Source of the DNA: Promethearchaeota archaeon | Lineage (GTDB): Archaea > Asgardarchaeota > Lokiarchaeia > Sigyniarchaeales > SOKP01 | Direction of reading: 5' to 3' | Assembly (NCBI GenBank): GCA_048941265.1 | Contig: JBHLNT010000149.1 | Location: 1-10,663, forward strand | DNA length: 10,663 nucleotides | In this document: positions 7,540 through 10,663 of the stretch, piece after piece | How positions within the stretch are numbered: position 1 is the first letter of the stretch | Layout: each line of letters starts with the position of its first letter | Notes under the pieces: generated by a model | Told to the model about the DNA's origin: nothing | The model's input: only the letters and a program-made list of their open reading frames with translations | Database searches by the model: none | Position numbers and translations under genes: made by a program

Positions 7540-8412
7540 TCAATCTAACAATTTAGGGTATCTTTTTTCCATTGCTAATTCTTTTTCAATGATTTGGTTT
7601 AGTAAATCTTCCCGTTCCTTACCACCAAGAACTTCTAATTTTCTAATTTCCAGTGGATCTACTTTTTCTCTTAGGAGTTTAAGTTCTTTTTTTGAAGGTG
7701 GTTTTGTTTCTTTTAAATCATCTGGAATGATTAATTCAAATCCGGTTGAATTTTTTACTGTTTCAATTTCTATTCCTGGATGAATGGTGTCAATTTTCAT
7801 TCTTTTTGATTTATCATCAAAAGTTAGATAAGCCAGATTAGTAATGACACATTGAGGTCCAGAACCACCGCATATGCTAGACTTTCCATCTGGAAATCCG
7901 ACTCCTGAAATAAAATCAATTTTTGGAACAAAGGTTCTTGTATCGTGTCTTGGAGTATATAAATAACTGCCTCGGGAATAAAACATGGAAAAGTCTGCTA
8001 TTCCGGCACATCCAGGAAACCGTAGTTTAGGATTATTCCAATCTCCTATGCATATATTATTTGTATTTCCATATATATCAATTTGCGCAGGTCTAAACCA
8101 TTCAATTGTTGTTAATTTCTCTGAAGGAAGAGATTCTAAAGTGCATTCTCCTGAATTCTGAAATCTATATGCCCTTGCTGTATTCATCTCCAAATATAAT
8201 AAAGAAACTTGACGCGGTTCATATACAAAAGTATTTCCCATGATATAATGATATATCGCGTCAGGAGCTTGTGTTAGCTTAGCAAGTGTAAAAGCAGCCC
8301 AAACCATTGGAGTAGCAACCCCAACAATCATCACGTCATCATTTCTTACTTCTCGGGCCATTAAAACCGTGAGCATTTCATCAACAGTGAAATTATTTGA
8401 GTATTCAGTCAT
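7540..8412 (-). CDS. Class I CoA-transferase-fold beta subunit (GctB/IpdB/AibB-like) lacking the canonical catalytic Glu
   Basis: MAREVRNDDVMIVG, AQIDIYGNTN, RFPGCAG, H..RTFVPKIDFISG, GPQCVITNL, IHPG...NSTGFEL, LREKVDP. The hhhESG site reads YHYIMG. Confidence 0.92.
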   Translation of the reverse strand: MTEYSNNFTVDEMLTVLMAREVRNDDVMIVGVATPMVWAAFTLAKLTQAPDAIYHYIMGNTFVYEPRQVSLLYLEMNTARAYRFQNSGECTLESLPSEKLTTIEWFRPAQIDIYGNTNNICIGDWNNPKLRFPGCAGIADFSMFYSRGSYLYTPRHDTRTFVPKIDFISGVGFPDGKSSICGGSGPQCVITNLAYLTFDDKSKRMKIDTIHPGIEIETVKNSTGFELIIPDDLKETKPPSKKELKLLREKVDPLEIRKLEVLGGKEREDLLNQIIEKELAMEKRYPKLLD

Positions 8413-8424
8413 TTAATCCTATAG

Positions 8425-8431
8425 CACCTCC
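8425..8431 (-). promoter_or_regulatory. Shine-Dalgarno-like site overlapping the alpha-subunit stop codon
   Basis: Minus strand reads TAGGAGGTG, with GGAGGTG 12 nt before the beta ATG at 8412. Spacing is long but suggests translational coupling. Confidence 0.55.
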
Positions 8432-9291
8432 TACAATAAGATGTTCAATATCGTTTGAGCGCCCCCCGCAGCATCCAAATATTGAACATTTGATTTATTA
8501 AGTATAAAATTTTGCTTATATTGTTCAAATTCAGTTTTTAGATAACTTTGAATATGATTCGGATCAAAGGTATAAATCGGGTAACATGAAGTAGGATGGG
8601 CTCCAAAAGGGATTTTTACGACGGCCGATGTAGTTTGCATTGGTAATTGTGCCTTACCGGGCAGATTCCTAATATCGTCTAATTCGACGAGTTTCTCACA
8701 TGTAATAATTGTTTTTTTAGCAGTTTTTGCCATATCATCGTCCAGCCACACTGCTCCCGCAATATTTCCATTTCCAAATTCATCAGCATAGGGAACATGT
8801 AAGATAGCAATGTCTAAATCAATTTCTGGAAGAGCCATTAACTGAGTTCCCGATCCTAATGGATCTTCAAATTGTATGATATCATCTCTGACTTTAGGAA
8901 AATCTGTACCAATTATTCCTTTTAATGGCATAAATGGAACCTTTAAATATGAGCATTTCAATCCTAAAGCGATTGAAGCCTCACTCTCTTCAGAGATTTT
9001 AATCGAACCGGATTCAACTGCTTTTCGGTAATGGGGCGCCATTCCAAATATTTCCATTCCCACAAAACAAGACTTTACATGTGAAATACAACCACCACCT
9101 ATGAGCATGTCGACCTCAATTCCCCCTACAAAAGTACACAATGTGAGATCTTTTCTATTTTGTCGTATAATCTCTCTACATGCGCTTATAGGTTTCCTCC
9201 AGAACGAGAGCCCCCCAATCCCAACAAGATCTCCATCTTGAACGTAAGTGGATATTGCTTCCTCTAAAGACATTAATTTACTTGTCCTCAT
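8431..9291 (-). CDS. Class I CoA-transferase-fold alpha subunit (GctA/IpdA-like), 286 aa
   Basis: SKLMSLEEAI..YVQDGD.VGIGG, REIIRQ..KDL, VPFMP..G..GTD, LHVPYADEFGN, IITCEKLV, PFGAHPTSC. Lies 18 nt from the beta subunit. Confidence 0.93.
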   Translation of the reverse strand: MRTSKLMSLEEAISTYVQDGDLVGIGGLSFWRKPISACREIIRQNRKDLTLCTFVGGIEVDMLIGGGCISHVKSCFVGMEIFGMAPHYRKAVESGSIKISEESEASIALGLKCSYLKVPFMPLKGIIGTDFPKVRDDIIQFEDPLGSGTQLMALPEIDLDIAILHVPYADEFGNGNIAGAVWLDDDMAKTAKKTIITCEKLVELDDIRNLPGKAQLPMQTTSAVVKIPFGAHPTSCYPIYTFDPNHIQSYLKTEFEQYKQNFILNKSNVQYLDAAGGAQTILNILL

Positions 9292-9476
9292 TTATTTACC
9301 CCTTATTTCTTTCCATGTTAGACAGAAGAAATATTTTAATAAATACTATAGAAATCATAATTGTGTATCAAATTAAAGATTATATATTAGAAGATCGAAA
9401 AATTAAATTGATTTATGATACTGTCCTAAGTATATAATATTTTAATTTTTTATCCTAGTAAAAGTCGGAATGCAAT

Positions 9477-10010
9477 ATGCGAAAAAGATTGAAGCAAGGT
9501 CTTGTTCAGGTATATTTCGGACGCGGGAAGGGTAAGACTACAGCAGCCCTTGGGCAAGGTTTCCGGGCAACTGGACACGGTTTTAAAGTGTACATGATTC
9601 AATTTATGAAAGGTAATACAAGATATGGTGAAATAGAAGCAATTAAAGCTAATCCCTATTTTGAGGTTAAACAGTTTGGAACTGAAGAGTTAATTGAAAT
9701 GCCTCGGGAAATAGACTATGAAGAGGGAAAAAAAGCGATTGAATTCGCTGATAAAATTATCAAAAGCGACGAGTATGATATTGTCATCCTAGACGAAATT
9801 GGAGTTGCCATTCAAATGGGAATCGTTGATGTGGAGGACGTTTTAAAATTAATAGATGCCAAACCTGAGAAAGTCGAATTAATCCTTACGGGAGGTCTAA
9901 AAATGCACCCCAAAATTAAAGAGCGGGCTGACTTACTTACAGAAATGAAGATGATAAAGCACTATTATTCTTCAAAAGGAATAAATGCTCGTTATGGGAT
10001 AGAATATTAA
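9477..10010 (+). CDS. cobO: ATP:cob(I)alamin/cob(I)yrinic acid a,c-diamide adenosyltransferase (CobO/BtuR/CobA type), 177 aa
   Basis: GLVQVYFGRGKGKTTAALG P-loop, IQFMKG...GE, YDIVILDEI, VELILTG, ADLLTEM..IKHY, ARYGIEY. Confidence 0.95.
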   Translation: MRKRLKQGLVQVYFGRGKGKTTAALGQGFRATGHGFKVYMIQFMKGNTRYGEIEAIKANPYFEVKQFGTEELIEMPREIDYEEGKKAIEFADKIIKSDEYDIVILDEIGVAIQMGIVDVEDVLKLIDAKPEKVELILTGGLKMHPKIKERADLLTEMKMIKHYYSSKGINARYGIEY

Positions 10011-10085
10011 ATTTTAGTAATTTTAGTTCTCAAACGGTTTTTTCCTTAGTAAATGTTTTTAAGGGAATAAATTGAATTTCTTCTT

Positions 10086-10663
10086 ATGGTATTATCAAAA
10101 AGAGAGCGTGTGATCCGAACTTTAGAACTCGATGATGAACCAGATATGGTTCCAATTTATTTTATGGGATTTGAAAAAACCGGTAAGGCTTATCAACATT
10201 TTAAAACAACTAAAGATTACAAAGAAAATGAATTATATATTAAAAATAGTTTTTCTAATAAAAAATACAAATGGGCGGGATCTTTAACTCAGCATCGGTT
10301 TTTAAATGTGGATTGTCATACAATGGACCCCTGGTACATCTATAAATACAAAATAAAGAATATTCCCGCTCCACCTGAATATCCCGAATGCGTATTAACT
10401 CCAATTGATGGGAAAATTTGGAAACAAGTAGAACAAGTTAATACAGGAATGTTCTATCGTTGGTATGTAGATGGTTATTTTACTACTCCTGAAATATTAC
10501 ATTCCTATTGGGATGAATATGGGAAACCTTCGGAATTAATAAACGATGAAATCGATTATACACCACAGATTTGGGATGATTATGTAGAAAGTCTTTCCCC
10601 ATACTTATACCCAATGGCCTCTTTTCCAATTGCGATGCATGAGGCTTTATTTGAGGGAATGAC
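10086..10663 (+). CDS. Uroporphyrinogen decarboxylase/MtaA-CmuA superfamily protein (possible corrinoid-dependent methyltransferase), truncated by the window end
   Basis: Not in the ORF track because there is no stop. My translation from ATG 10086 is open for 192 codons: MVLSKRERVIRTLELDDEPDMVPIYFMG...WYVDGYFTTPE...MHEALFEGM. The start matches the family's (T/S)xRERv....ePDxVP motif. The C-terminal metal ligands lie outside the window. Confidence 0.75.
   Translation, partial: MVLSKRERVIRTLELDDEPDMVPIYFMGFEKTGKAYQHFKTTKDYKENELYIKNSFSNKKYKWAGSLTQHRFLNVDCHTMDPWYIYKYKIKNIPAPPEYPECVLTPIDGKIWKQVEQVNTGMFYRWYVDGYFTTPEILHSYWDEYGKPSELINDEIDYTPQIWDDYVESLSPYLYPMASFPIAMHEALFEGM

Noticed and set aside
7589-7783. 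64-aa plus-strand ORF
   Set aside because: Antisense to the CoA-transferase beta subunit; Ser/Phe-rich shadow composition.
8410-8433. Alpha subunit ends in TAG in frame with the beta subunit (possible pyrrolysine readthrough fusion)
   Set aside because: The linker reads TAG GAG GTG CTA TAG GAT TAA ATG, with two further stops, and it contains the beta RBS.
9255-9437. 60-aa plus-strand ORF over the divergent promoter
   Set aside because: TTG start inside the opposite gene, Ile-rich AT-driven composition, no RBS.
1-10663. CRISPR arrays, tRNA/rRNA genes, transposases or integrases
   Set aside because: No regularly spaced repeats, cloverleaf-like GC-rich segments or mobile-element motifs were seen.

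Overview
AT-rich prokaryotic window, probably from an anaerobic archaeon. An Asgard/Lokiarchaeia-like origin is my inference from gene style and GGAGGTG/AGGTGA ribosome-binding sites. It interleaves acyl-CoA metabolism with corrinoid chemistry. In order: a thiolase (+); a convergent protein with an N-terminal AbrB/MazE-like DNA-binding domain fused to a CaiC-like acyl-CoA ligase body (-); a minus-strand trio of DUF2284 Cys-rich protein, B12-binding corrinoid protein and RACo-type [2Fe-2S]/ASKHA activator; a small 4-Cys protein (+); a two-subunit class I CoA-transferase-fold enzyme (-); a CobO/BtuR adenosyltransferase (+); and a truncated URO-D/MtaA-family gene missing from the ORF track (+). 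Three signals stand out. (1) The AbrB-ligase fusion has lost key catalytic residues (A10 Lys to Leu, TGD to TGE, YGxTE to WAVVE) and sits behind an operator-like palindrome, suggesting a pseudo-enzyme one-component regulator. (2) The CoA-transferase beta subunit lacks the catalytic Glu while the alpha subunit has an IpdA-like Glu104, suggesting non-transferase chemistry. (3) DUF2284 sits where a methyltransferase would normally be in a corrinoid module. All family calls are from motif reading and memory; no searches were run.
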